Made by a program: the position numbers and the translations under genes
NCBI RefSeq assembly: GCF_963921235.1
Contig: NC_086108.1
Location: 64,606,001 to 64,670,000 of the forward strand
Length of the DNA: 64,000 nt
Source of the DNA: Mobula hypostoma
Lineage: Eukaryota
Reading direction: 5' to 3'
Notes under the pieces: model-generated
Told to the model about the DNA's origin: nothing
The model's input: only the letters and a program-made list of their open reading frames with translations
Databases searched by the model: none
In this document: positions 38,750 to 51,527 of the stretch, in pieces
Layout of the letters: the number at the start of each line of letters is the position of its first letter
Numbering within the stretch: position 1 is the first letter of the stretch

Positions 38750-39314
38750 TTTTTGTGTTCGTCCATTGTTGACGTCGATGAGGACCTCGACACCATTATT
38801 GATGGTGTTGAGACTAGCGCGTGATTTGGATTTAAGTGAGGGAGAGTTGTGCAGCGTCAGCCTCACTCTCTTTTCCCAATTCCCATCTGGATCCAGTGGC
38901 AAGACAGAGTCGAGACGGCTGGAGATGGGACTAGGCGCAGTGGATGACCAGGACGTCTTCTGTGTCTTGTCCTGCTCTACACGTTCCGCGACGCTTGCAG
39001 AGACCGCCTTCTTGACTGTTGGACCTTCCATTGGTCTTGTCCGCTCAATCCGCCAGAGTCTGTCTTCACATGCTGGGATAGACAACTCCCTATCTCACTG
39101 AGGGTTTGAGACCCGTCGGCTACCCTCACCTGGTTTAACCGGCTTGTCAAAGCTGTTGCCCGGGGTGTGGCCGCTGTCGCATGCAAACAGCAACGGGGAG
39201 TCACAAGTGAGAGCTGAGTGCCAGGTGGGAACCAAAGGTGGACTAACCGCCTTGAAAAGGACGCGACATGCTCCTCCACCAGAGGTGCTACCCCTCCCTG
39301 ACACCCCATACACC
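38750..39314 (-). mobile_element. Non-coding RTE-like SINE/retroposon with a 14-bp TSD
   Basis: TSD cctgtattcactat at 38736-38749 and 39315-39328; short A tail on the minus strand; CpG-rich (young); splits the CR1 cleanly. Confidence 0.85.
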
Positions 39315-41523
39315 CCTGTATTCACTATAGCATTCAGAAGAATGAGGAGTGACCCCATTGAAACCCATCGAATGGTAAAAGGCCTTGACAGGGTGGACAT
39401 GAAGAGCATGTTTCCTATGATGGAAGAGTCCAAGACTAGAGGACACAGCCTCAGAATAGAGTGGCGTCCTTTTAGATCAGAGATGAGGGGGAAAATCTTG
39501 AGGCAGAGTGGTGAACTTGTGGAATTCTTTGCCAATGGCATCTGTGGAGGCTAAGTCTTTAAGTATAGTTAAGGCAGAGTTTGATAAATTCTTGGTCAGG
39601 GCATGAAGGGATACAGGGAGAATGCAGGAGACTGGGGCTGAGAGGAAAATTGGATCCACCATGATGAAATGGCGGAGCAGACATGATGGGCCAAATGTCC
39701 TAATTCTGCTCCTATATCTTATGGTCTTGTGGTCTTATGGAGTGATAGCGCGCAGATGAATGGAGGGCAGATCTTTCTGACGTACCTCATCATTGATGGG
39801 GGGGGGTGCAGAAGCTTTGAAAGTTTAGTATTATAAATTATTTTAAATGGTGCTACATTTATCAGAGTGTTTTCAGGTTTACATTACAATTAGAAAAAGT
39901 TAGAAAAATGAGAAATAGTTTTGTTGAAACTTTCTAAATATTGAGAGAAACTGATAGGTTGGACTGAGAAAACTAATTTGCTGGATGGTGAGTTTAGGAC
40001 TAGTGAATATTAGAGCCAGACCTTTCAGGAAAATTAGGGAACACTTGAGAATGGAAAATATTAAACTCCCACAACGAACAGTTGGGTAAACCCCTTATTG
40101 GCATTATTAATTTAAAGTTAGTTTTAAGGGGAGACATTTAAGTCATCTAAAGCAGGCGTGGCTTTACAGTTTCTGATGAACCTGAAAACTTTAATGGGTT
40201 GTTTGCTTTTCATCAATAAAAATCCAGCCATAATATTAAGAATAAGCTTTTCAGTGTCCATTAGTTTCAAAGGATAGGGGTACAGCTGGAGATGACTGCT
40301 TTTAGATGCAATAAATAGTGATTCTCTATAAAGTAATCTGATATTATTTATGACTGTTTAACTAGGAGATTCTGCAGGAGGGTTCTAATGATAGATTTTA
40401 CTGAAGGTCAATTGTACATGGTTTGGGTACGTGTACTTTTTCTTGATTAACTTTAATCAAAGTGCATGCATTCCATGACCCCAATAAAGCAATTTTTCCT
40501 GACAAATGAAAACTGTCTTAACAAGGCTGGCCCATCTTAACTAAACCAAAGCTGAGGTAAAGTGATGTTTGAAGCCTCATTAAAGGCCGCAGCATGAAGT
40601 CCAAGGAGGGGGGATGATGAAACAGTGCTTTATAAAAATAGCCCTTCTTTAAATTTAATTGGACAAATTATACGCAACCCAGTAGCTACCCTGGGAATGG
40701 CTTAAACTCAGTAGATGAAAGGGGTTCAAAAAGACCTAAAAGAACAGTCAGATGGAGGGGGAGGGGAATGTGAAAGAAGAGACCGCTCTAATTTACATGA
40801 ACGGCCTGTTGCCTGCAAAGACTATATCATGCATATATTGAAAAGTATTAGATAATGCTGAATCACAAGGATTATGCTGACATTAAAATAATGTCACTCT
40901 GGTTGATTTATCAAGATTATTCAAGCATATTTTTCAACTCTGAGTAAAGTATTATGATAATGTTGTGTTTCTTTTATGTGTCCAATCCTATTTGTTTTAA
41001 GTTTAATATGAATGGATCACTGAAATTAACTTATAGACAAATAAATGACAATTTCCTCCAGCTGATCCATTTGGGCAAGTTTTTGTTGATATTGATGTTT
41101 GATCCTCCAGATAACCCAGTGGGTAGGGTATTTCTGACTGCCATCCACTGTAAACCAGGGCATCATCACTTGATTACTCTTCTTGTTGACTAATCTGTCA
41201 GTATACTGAGTGAAATCTTTGGGAAGGTTACAGCTGGGCACATTTGCTCTGTTCAAAATTGGAATGGAGAAAATGGATAAGGATAGAAATGGAAAATGGA
41301 TAATCTAAGGATTACAGGTGAGATTGTGGAATCTGCCAATATGTAAACCTCTTCTTGTTCCTGAGCTTTTCTGACAACATGTTAAAGTCATTCCCTCTCC
41401 AGCTTTCTAGTTATAGTTTGGCATCCGCTCCTTTTGTGAATGTAGCTATTTGGTTTCCAGTCAAGCACAGGGTCCAATGATGGGTGACCAGTTTCCTGAA
41501 CCTGAGGTTCTGTAAGTGTAGAA

Positions 41524-41585
41524 CAGTGGTTCTCAACCTGGTTAATGATAGGGGTCCATGGCATAAAAAAGATTGGGAAGCCCTG
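41524..41585. mobile_element. 62-bp miniature hAT (Charlie-like) element
   Basis: TIRs cagtggttctcaacct / agattgggaagccctg; 8-bp degenerate TSD gtgtagaa / atgtcgaa. Confidence 0.65.
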
Positions 41586-43821
41586 ATGTCGAACTTTATT
41601 CATTTTTGCTATAAAGCCTAAGAACCGCTCATTGGAGCATATTATGTAAGTCATTAGTGAATGCTGAAAATTTTTGGAAGGCAGAAACTTTATTGTTGCT
41701 TTCTTCTTTTTGAAGGCTGTGGAAAAGACAATTGGATGAGCTTTATTCAGGTATTTTATATCTCTTCCAAGAATGTAGACTCACTATTCAGAGTAATGAA
41801 TTAATCGAGTACTAAGGGACGCAGTTTTAAAAATTTGTCATAGCTTTCAAGAAGATATTACATTAATTTTAGTTTGTTTAGAACATCATGATCTGGGATA
41901 AAATGTGAGTGAGTGGAATCAATCAGTGCCTTCGAAGAGGAGTTGTGCAGGCACATGAGAGAGTAGAATACGCTGGGTCTATCATGAACTTGCATAGAAT
42001 TGAATAGCCAAGTAGAATTCTGTGTCATAACAAATCTTTGAAAGACTATTTGAACTTTTTAGTCATTACAATGTAGCTTTTCCATTTTTAATGTCTGTAA
42101 ATGAACCTCACCAGGTTCCTAGTTGAAAAAGAGAGCCTTTATCTTATTACTGTCAAAGCTCAGGTTTGGTTTTGGATCACGCATCAGCAGAATTCAGTGA
42201 CAACAGAAGAAATAAAGATCATTATAGACCATCGTTCAGCAGGTTTCATGAAATTTGTCTGGTCTAGCCATAGTGATGATGAAGTTAAATTTAGAAAGAA
42301 AAAAGGTGGAAAAGAGACAAATGAACAGGTAAAGGAATATCCTATTTCCTTTAAATATTTTATGTTTCCTTTAACTTGTCACTGCATCATAGCATCTATG
42401 TTTCATGGCCAAAAAGTTCACATGTTCCTTCAAAGATTTTTTATGGCATCGGAGAAAGCCATTCATCCACAAGTCTATGCCAGCTAATGGCTTTACTCTG
42501 TCGAGAACCGGTCCAATTCCCTTTTGAAGGCACAGATTGATTCTGCACTTTCAAACAGTTAATGTGAGAAGCCTCTCTGCATCCCGTTCTCTCACACTAC
42601 ACAGATAATAATGCTACTTCTTCCACATTTAGAGACTGTGGAGAAAGACTGATTCAGCCTTGTCTGTGAATGATGTCACTGGCTTGGCAAATTGCTCTGG
42701 AATCAGCTGCCTGCAGATCAAGTGTGGTCAAAGCCACCCAGAGTGGAAAATGTCCGTCACAATTTATGAATATTGTGTCTGTTACTTGGCATATCAACTA
42801 AAAAGCCAAAAAGCATAATCTGTGGTTTTACTGTTTCTTTTGGATGGAACCACAGCAAACAGGCCTGTAATCTAATTCATCTCATTTTGTGTTTTGCTTG
42901 AAGACGTGTTGCTTTTGTCAGCCGTGGGATGTGCCACAGGGCCTGCATTTTCTCTCCAAGGACATTTTGTGGGATGGCTCTGGCAGACTTAGTTACATTG
43001 TAAATTTAGGGTTATTTAACACAAATAGAAGATTTGTTAAGTTTTATTGCAGATGGCCATCTGATCAACAACTATAACGCTCAAAATAATGAGACAAATT
43101 GCTGTGAAGATTTGTACCCAAGTCCTAACAAAATCGAAAACAAACACAGGTTACTGATGTATCATTTATAACTTAGCATTTTTCATTAATATCAATGTTA
43201 CAATTTTAATCAATATACTTTCAAAATGTTTTTCCTTTTGATGATACCAATTTGGTAAAATTAACTGAAAATTATGTAAATATTTTTACAAGGAGTATAA
43301 GTATACTCAACTTCTTATCATGACATAGATTATTTGTGCATTACTTCTTGATCGAGCTAGAAAGTTTTATTTTCTTGCTATTAAACGGAAACGCTGTCAG
43401 TTTTAACTCACTCTGTAGACCTTGGTCTCTGAAGGGATGCCCTTATATAGAGTTTATGTGGATATCAATAAATTAGACTATGATGGAAGAAAATGTGAAG
43501 CTAATAAGTTGCAACTTTAATATATAATAAAACACCTGGAGAATAATGGGTAATAATTATCACAGCATTAATAGTAGAATTATTAGATGCAGTCTGTAAC
43601 CAACTAAAATAAATTAAGAAAGGCAGGGTCAATTTAATTGTATCACATTTTGATTTATTAAAAATAGATAGTGTCCTTGTGTATGACTCAGACTGCTTGT
43701 ATGAGAACACATTCATTCAAGAAAAGGATTAGGAATGAAAAATGGACTTTTTGAATGAAGGAGACTAAAAATTAAATCTAACATTTAATTGATGTGCTGT
43801 TATAACAATCTAAAATTAATT

Positions 43822-44600
43822 CAATAACACAATCACTAACCTCATCAATTCTGGAGTTCTTCCATCCACTGCCACCATCCTCACAGTTTCCATGGCCCAC
43901 ACTGCTCATTCCTACATCCTACCCAAGATCCACAAACCTGACTGTGTGGGTAGACCTATTGGTTGTGCCTGCTGCTGCCCAACTGAACTCATGCTCATTC
44001 ACGTCAACTCTATTTTGACTCCCTTGGTTCAGTCCCTTCCCACCTACATATCCATGACACGTCACATGACCTCAATCTCTTCAATCACTTTAAGTTCCTT
44101 GGTCCTGGTTGCCTCATCTTCACTACGGATGTCTAGTCCCTATTCACAATTATCTCACATCAGGAAAACCTTGCTCTCTGCTTCTTTCTGGACAACAGAC
44201 CTAACCAGTTCCCCTCTACCACCAATCTCCTCCTTCTGGCAGAAATGGTCCTCAACCTCAACAATTTCTCTTTCAACTCCTCTCAGTTTCTCCAAACCCA
44301 AGTGGTAGCCATGGGCGCCTGCATGGGCCCCAGCTATGTCTGCCATTTTCTCAGCTATGTAGATCAGTCCATGTTCCAAACCTTCAGCGGTAACTCTCCA
44401 CAACACTTTTTATACTACATCGAAGATTGCATTGGTGCTGCTTCCTGAACCCATGCTGAGGTCTTACAATTTTATCAACTATGCCTCTAACTTACACTGC
44501 ACCCTCAGATTTATTTGCTTAATCTCTGACTCATTTCTCCCATTTCTTGAACTCTCTGATTCCATCTCTGGAAATAATCTGTCTACTGGTATCTTTTATC
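43822..44600 (+). mobile_element. Older Penelope-like RT fragment
   Basis: ILPKIHKPDCVGRPI, LNLNNFSFNSSQFLQTQVVAMGACMGPSY, YYIEDCIG; homologous to 49752-50140. Confidence 0.88.
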
Positions 44601-46250
44601 CTCATAACTTTAAAACTTACTTCAACCAACACAATCTTATAAAGCATTATCAAGGCCAAGCTATTCCACAAGTCTTCAATATGAGTTTTGTCATTTTCAA
44701 ATTTTAACATAAAGCCAAATTTACCCCTGTGTTAAAGTTTCTTTGCTTCACTGTCCCAAGTACTACTCCAATTTCACTAACAGAGACAAAAGAATTTTGG
44801 AGAGTTACTCTCGTTCTTACTAAGTATGCTGCCTTAAAAACTAGGTTGTGATAAATGACATAAGATGGAAAGTAACTGCGTATTTGTCTCAGTAGCACAA
44901 TTCACCACTCAGAATAAGAGGGTGTACCTTCACATATTTGACTATAGAGGCTTTCCTGCTTCCAATTTTACCCTTTAATCAAGTGTAATTGAATTTATAA
45001 TTTATAGTTTGGGTGAGTAGTTGGAAAATCTCTTTCCTGTATTGAAGTGTGAAAGCTGCAACTGGGGAATCCATTTCCATTACTCTCCTCGGCACCAACC
45101 AATCAAAAAATCCTACATCTTGATTAGTGCAAATTTACTTTGTTCTTTTCAATGCCATGTCAACTTTATAATCAAACATAAAACTGAGTTTGCCCAGCTG
45201 CCCTTGTATTAGTCAAAGTAATTATGAATCTCAGCTGATGGTCAAAATGACTATCTTCTTTGGCCAGTCCATCCTGCTCTCTTTCTGAAGGAATGGCGGG
45301 AGAGTTGGCAACTTAGAGACTGTAATAATTTGAGCAAAATCAAACAAAAACATGTATATTGTAAAGAAATCTGACAATGCTGTGAAATGTCTAGTTATTC
45401 CAAACATTACTCGCAAGAAAACTTCTTGGACCAATGTTGGTTATCCTTATCTGCACACATTAAGGCAGACTTAGAAATACATCAAGATTTGTAGTCCTCA
45501 AGTATTTTTTTTAAAACGAGCCCAAAACATTTATGATAACCAGCCTTTAAAACTTTTAGCAATATTTATTGTTAATTATTCCTAAATGTGTTTAGCTTTT
45601 GCTCAGTTTCTGAAGGTAAATTTATTTGGAGTGCTTTTAATCTCAGTCCTTTTACAACGTGAACTGAGAGCTTTAGGATGAGCATATGTGCCAGATGTTA
45701 ATGTCAAGGATTTGAACTTACAAAGTGATTTGTTGTGTAACTAGATGTAGTCACTGTACATTTTAGTCAAACTAGCCAAGTAATAAGCCTGAAACGAGCA
45801 CACTTTTCTACCGCCTGCATAAACTGATTAATTAACAGTTTTAAGATAATTCTGCCAGCTAGTCTGTTTTCTCAGTCAAAAGGCAAAGTTTGCCTTTTAT
45901 GTATTCTCCAATAATGCCATCAAAACGATACCTGCAGACCAGACCATTGCTCAGTGGCCCGTGTGTGTATTAAAACTAATCATGGTGAAGTTGGTAACCC
46001 TAAATCTTTAACTTCCAGATCAAGACAATTATATTTGTTAAAGATGTAATTTACTGGTGAAGAACTTCATTATAAAATTGGAAAATTGTTTTAGGATTTT
46101 AAATATTGTGCCATTCTGGATCAGAGATTGCCCAGGCCATGTTATCTTTAGTGAATTTCTATCATCATAATATACATCTAATAGAAAGTGTTAAATATTC
46201 AAATCAGAATCTTATTAGTGGAGCTTCTGCTGAGAATGTTGCACTTATGA

Positions 46251-46536
46251 TAAAGATTTATTTGTCACTTGTACGTCAAAACATTGAAACACACGTTGTT
46301 CATGTCTACGACCAACACAATCCAAAGACTCTAGTGCCAGTGTAGCATGCCCACAACTTACTAACCCTAGCCTGTAGGTCCTTTTGAAATGTGGGAGGAA
46401 ACCACAGCACCTGGAGAAAACCCATGCAGCCACGTGGAGATGTAAAAGCTCTTTAAAGGCAGCAGTGGAAATTGAACCTTGATCTATGATCGGTGTTGTA
46501 ACATGCTGTGCTCACTGCTACACTACCGTCGCACCC
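46251..46536 (-). mobile_element. tRNA-derived V-domain SINE
   Basis: gtgggaggaaaccacagcacctggagaaaacccatgc is the reverse complement of the V-SINE core; tRNA-like head near 46536. Confidence 0.8.
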
Positions 46537-47544
46537 TCAATTGCAAGAGGCTGACCAATGGACCATCAGAAGAAATTGAAAAACATTAATGCTGGAAACT
46601 GTCAGCAGATCGGGTAATACAGAAAGAAACAGAGATGTCAGGGAAAACTTGTTGCAGATCTTAAAAATAGAAAGATAAACCTGAACATTTGGGGCCAAAC
46701 AGTGTTTCTAAAGACAGTTAGATTCAGGACTATAAAACCTATAAAATTGTGTTAGGCTTTAAAATAAACAAGACCAAACAGAAAGGCTCTTCATTAATCA
46801 AAACAAACTCAAATTCTGTAATCCAATTTTGGGTTGGCCTAAAGTACTTCTGAAAAAATGAATCTTGAGCCTGAAATATTTGCTCAACCAAAAATTATTG
46901 AATCAGATGGTCACCTAGAATCTGATGGAATGGAGGAACAATCTCTTAAGATCTTTATAAGGCAAGGGTTTATTAGTAAAGTAGGGAAACAACTAGATGC
47001 AGGTTTAGAGACCATGCATCTTTCTTCAGAGATTGGGACTGAAATTGTAATTTGTATGATTCCATGAATGACACTGAACAATCTATACAAGAGGAAAACG
47101 CAGTCCACCCATTTTCTAATGATCTTCTTTTGTCCTGAAGACGGGCAAAAATAGAGCCAGTCAACTCTCATTCAAGACAAGTCAGTTGTTAAACCCTACA
47201 GAGCTTTCTTATACTTAGACCTTCTCCTCACAGAAAGAGAACTGTATCTAATAAATAGCCTAATAGGCACTGGACTGATTATTAATTAGCTGCTAGAATG
47301 ATGTTGCTGATTAATCACATGCAATACAAGGGGATGGAAACTAGTAGGCATATAGGTTCCTAATATAATAGCATACTCATTGTTTCAATTTTATTTTACC
47401 TTTTGTCACTGTTTGCATTAAATGCATTGTTTCCAGTGTTTTAGGTGCCATTCTGTTAAAGTGAGAAAAACAAATAAGCTGTAAAACACACAACTGTTGA
47501 AATTTAAAACATTTCAGCAGCATCTAGTTCATGTGTGTGCTATT

Positions 47545-48071
47545 AAGTTCAAAGTAAACATCATCAAAGTACATATATGTCTCTATATCCAACCCCAAGA
47601 TTCATTTTCTTGCGGGCATACTCAGTAAATCCAATAGCCAGAAGAGAACCAATGAAAGACTGCACCCAACAGGGCAGACGACCAGTGTGCAAATGACAAC
47701 AAACTCTGCAAATTCAAAAAGAAAGGGAAAATAAGAAATGATAATAATAAATAAATTGAACAAAGAAGTAAATAAAGCAATAAGTATCAAGAACATGCGA
47801 TGAAGAGTCCTTGAAGGTGAGTCCATAATTTGTGGGAACAGTGCAGTGATGGGGCAAGAGAAGTTGAATTAAGTAATCCCCTTTGTTTCAAGAGCCTGAT
47901 GGTTCAGGTGTAATAAAGAGTTCCTGAACCAGGCTCCTGTACCATCTCCCTGATGGCAACAGTGAGAAGAGAGCATGACCTTCGTGGTGGGATCCCTGAT
48001 GATGGATGCTGCTTTCCTGCGACAGTGTCAATATTCTCAGTGGTGGGGAGGGCTTTTACCTGTGATGGACT
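47545..48071 (-). mobile_element. Rex1/Babar-clade LINE 3' fragment
   Basis: aagttcaaagt tail; tgttcaagagcctgatgg and cctgatggcaacagtgagaagagagcatg; related to 17596-18225. Confidence 0.8.
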
Positions 48072-48760
48072 AACTTTCCAGAATAAAAGTGTTCAGGAGA
48101 AGCACTGAAATCCTTAGGCTACGATTATATTACCATCACGAAAGGCACTTGCATTATACTTACATTAATCACAATAGAGAGTTTGGAAGGGAAGAATCTT
48201 AGGTTGATATAAGTTTAATCTCTGATTTGATTCAGTTTCATGATATTTCCCTTTAAAAATGCAATTCTAATGGTCTTCATTGGCAACATAAATGCAAAAT
48301 GTTCCTACCTAGTCTCAAGACATGAATAATACTGTATGGTTGTTATGTTCTGACAGCAGTCATTTAACTGACAAACTGCGGCTGCATTAGGGTAACACTT
48401 CTTTCCTTATTGTTCTCCAATATTATCTTGGGAATACTGTAATACTTTTAAGACTTATTTTCTTTCATGATTGGAAAGGTATGCTTTATTCAACAATGCT
48501 GCTTTTTAGCCAATCTTCTTCTACAAAGGGGAGTTGGAATTATAAAAATTCTCCTTAGTATTGAAGGAGCTTGCTGAATACACTTAATTTCTTAAGGATG
48601 TTTATTTCTCAGCTAAAGAAGACAGAAACAGATTTGCATATACCAGTGTAGATTTTCCTCCTAAAATACAATAAGCCTCTATTTGTCTTTGAATCATTTT
48701 GTCCTATCACCTTAATTGTAAATGTTATAGATTTCCTGGCACCCACAATAGGATGCATTT

Positions 48761-48976
48761 ACACACACAAAATGCTGGAGGAGCTCAGCAAGCCAGGCAG
48801 CATCTATGGAAAAAAGTACAACCGATGTTTCAGGCCAAAGCCCTTCAGCAGGATGTTTTGGCCCGAAACGTGGACTGTACTTCTTTCCATAGATGCTGCC
48901 TGCTCTCTTGAGTTCCTCCAGTATTTTATGTGTGTTGCTCGGATTTCCAGCATCTGCAGATTTTCTCTTGTTTGTG
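48761..48976. mobile_element. Fold-back Penelope-derived element (second subfamily) with a 13-bp TSD
   Basis: TSD ataggatgcattt (48748-48760) / ataggatgcagtt (48977-48989); inverted arms around ~48853. Confidence 0.88.
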
Positions 48977-49138
48977 ATAGGATGCAGTTGTAGCTTTATT
49001 TGAAGATTGCCTGTTTTAAGATTGCTATTGAAATTAATGCAAACACGAGGAATTCTGCAGATGCTGGAAATTCAATCAACACACATCAAAGTTGCTGGTG
49101 AACGCAGCAGGCCAGGCAGCACCTCTAGGAAGAGGTAC

Positions 49139-49174
49139 AGTCGACGTTTCGGGCCGAGACCCTTCGTCAGGACT
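49139..49174 (-). ncRNA. Minimal type I hammerhead ribozyme motif (core intact)
   Basis: Reverse complement reads agtc-CTGACGA-a-ggg(tctcgg)ccc-GAAA-cg-TC^-gact. The partner copy at 51337-51372 (+) has AAAA in place of GAAA. Confidence 0.75.
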
Positions 49175-49751
49175 AACTGAAGGAAGAGCTAGTAAGAGAT
49201 TTGAAAGTGGGAAGGGGAGGGGGAGATCCAAAATGTTGGGAGAAGACAGGAGGGGGAAGAATGGAGCCAAGAGCTGGACAGGTGATTGGCAAAAGGGATA
49301 TGAGAGGATCATGGGACAGGAGGCCCAGGGAGAAGGAAAAGGGGGAGGGGGGAAAACCCAGAGGATTGGCAAGGGGTATAGTCAGAGGGACAGAGGGAGA
49401 AAGAGAGAAAGAATGTGTGTATATAAATAAATAACAGATGGGGTACGAGGGGGAGGTGGGGCATTAGCAGAAGATTGAGAAGTCAATGTTCATGCCATCA
49501 GGTTGGAGGCTACCCAGACGGAATGTAAGGTGTTGTTCCTCCAACCTGAGTGTGGCTTCATCTTTACAGTAGAGGAGGCCGTGGGTAGACATATCAGAAT
49601 GGGAATGGGATGTGGAGTTAAAATGTGTGGCCACTGGGAGATCCTGCTTTCTCTGGCGGACAGAGTATAGGTGTTCAGCAAAATGATCTCCCAGTCTGCG
49701 TCGGGTCTCGCCAATATATAGAAGGCCACATTGGGAGCACCGGACGCAGTA

Positions 49752-51028
49752 ATCAGTTCCCCTCTACCACCACTCTGCCCCGTCTAGTGGAATTAGTCCT
49801 TACTCTTAATAATTTCTCCTTTGGCTCCTCCCACTTCCTCCAAACTAAAGGTGTAGTTATGGGCACCCATATGGGTCCTAGCTGTACCTGCCTTTTTGTT
49901 GGCTTTGTGGAACAATCTATGTTCCAAACCTTTTCTGGTATCTGCCCCCCACTTTTCCTTCGCTACATCGACGACTGCATTGGCGCTGCTTCCTGCACAC
50001 ATGCTGAGCTCGTTGACTCCATTAACTTTGTCTCCAACTTTCACCCTGCCCTCAAGTTTACCTAGTCCATTTCCGACACCTCCCTCCCCTTTCTAGATCT
50101 TTCTGTCTCTATCTCTGGAGACAGCTTATCTACTGATGTCTACTATAAGCCTACTGACTCTCACAGCTATCTGGACTATTCCTCTTCTCACTCTGTCTCT
50201 TGCAAAAATGCCATCCCCTTCTTGCACTTCCTCCGTCTCCGCCGCATCTGCTCTCAGGATGAGGCTTTTCATTCCAGGACGAGGGAGATGTCCTTTTTTA
50301 AAGAAAGGGGCTTCCCTTCCTCCACCATCAACTCTGCTCTCAAACGCATCTCCCCCATTTCACGTACATCTGCTCTCACTCCATCCTCATGCCGCCCCAC
50401 TAGGAATAGGGTTCCCCTTGTCCTCACTTACCACCCCACCAGCCTCTGGGTCCAACATATTATTCTCCGTGACTTCCGCCACCTCCAATGGGATCCCACC
50501 ACTAAGCACATCTTTCCACCCACCCCCCCCCCCCGCTTTCTGCAGGGATAGCTCTCTACACGACTCCCTTGTCCATTCGACCCTCCCATCCCACCCCACT
50601 GATCTCCCTCCTGGCACCTATCCTTGTAAGCAGAACAAGTGCTACACATGCCCTCACACTTCCTCCCTTACCACCATTCAGGGCCCCAGACAGTCCTTCC
50701 AGGTGAGGCGACTCTTCACCTGTGAGTTGGCTGGGGTGATATACTGCGTCTGGTGCTCCCGATGTGGTCTTCTATATATTGGCGAGACTCGACGCAGACT
50801 GGGAGATCGTTTTGCTGAACACCTACGCTCTGTCCGCAGAGAAAGCAGGATCTCCCAGTGGCCACACATTTTAATTCTACATCCTATTCCCATTTTGATA
50901 TGTCAATCCACGGCCTCCTCTACTGTAAAGATGAAGCCACACTCTGGTTGGAGGAACAACACCTTGTATTCCATCTGGGTAGCCTCCAACCTGATGGCAT
51001 GAACATTGACTTCTCAAACTTCCGCTAA
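49752..51028 (+). pseudogene. Penelope-like RT (C-terminal half) plus GIY-YIG endonuclease, frameshifted
   Basis: LTLNNFSF..QTKGVVMGTHMGPS..LRYIDDCIG; FLRLRRICS..F..RGFP; CKQNKCYTC; GVIYCVWCSRCGLLYIGETRRRLGDRFAEH. Confidence 0.93.
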
Positions 51029-51527
51029 TGCCCCACCTCCCCCTCGTACCCCATCCGTTATTTATTTATATACACACATTTTTTCTCTCTCTCTCTCTCT
51101 TTTTCTCCCTCTGTCCCTCTCACTATACCCCTTGCCCATCCTCTGGGTTTCCCCCCCCTCCCCCTTTTCCTTCTCCCTGGGCCTCCTGTCCCATGATCCT
51201 CTCATATCCCTTTTGCCAATCACCTGTCCAGCTCTTGGCTCCATCCGTCCCCCTTCTGTCTTCTCCTATCATTTCGGATCTCCCCCTCTCCCTCCCCCTC
51301 CCACTTTTAAATCTCTTACTAGCTCTTCCTTCAGTTAGTCCTGACGAAGGGTCTCGGCCCAAAACGTCGACTGTACCTCTTCCTAGAGATGCTGCCTGGC
51401 CTGCTGCGTTCACCAGCAACTTTGATGTGCGTTTATTGAAATTAATGGCCTGCTTTAGAATCCTTTAACCTTGGCTTTTAAGGGAAGGATGTCATAGGAG
51501 TGATCCTGAGCTTCCCGTGTCTGCTGC

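Larger units (their letters stand above)
34262..39740 (+). mobile_element. CR1-clade LINE interrupted by an Academ-type transposon and an RTE-like SINE
   Basis: LKVDKSPGPDG..VPEDWKIAKVIPLFKKG (to 34556) continues as gaggcaaaagaaagaaaactataggccagt (from 37979); SGVSQWSVL..KFADD at 38098-38346; tail cttatggtcttgtggtcttatgg at ~39740. Confidence 0.92.
49040..51433 (+). mobile_element. Penelope-like retroelement, 5'-truncated, with inverted pseudo-LTR arms
   Basis: Perfect TSD tattgaaattaatg (49026-49039, 51434-51447); 49040-49751 is the reverse complement of 50742-51433 plus a ~35-bp extension. Confidence 0.95.

Noticed and set aside
38675..39309. Overlapping 110-136-aa ORFs
   Set aside because: Chance ORFs within a GC-rich non-coding retroposon.
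42101..42487. 128-aa ORF as a standalone gene
   Set aside because: No recognisable domain and composition typical of AT-rich non-coding DNA; only a small internal exon candidate is retained.
46620..47200. Possible solo LTR
   Set aside because: No clear TG..CA ends, TSD or second copy found.
50136..51002. Longest ORF in the track (288 aa) as a host gene
   Set aside because: It is mostly an off-frame read of the Penelope-like element, in frame only across the GIY-YIG part.
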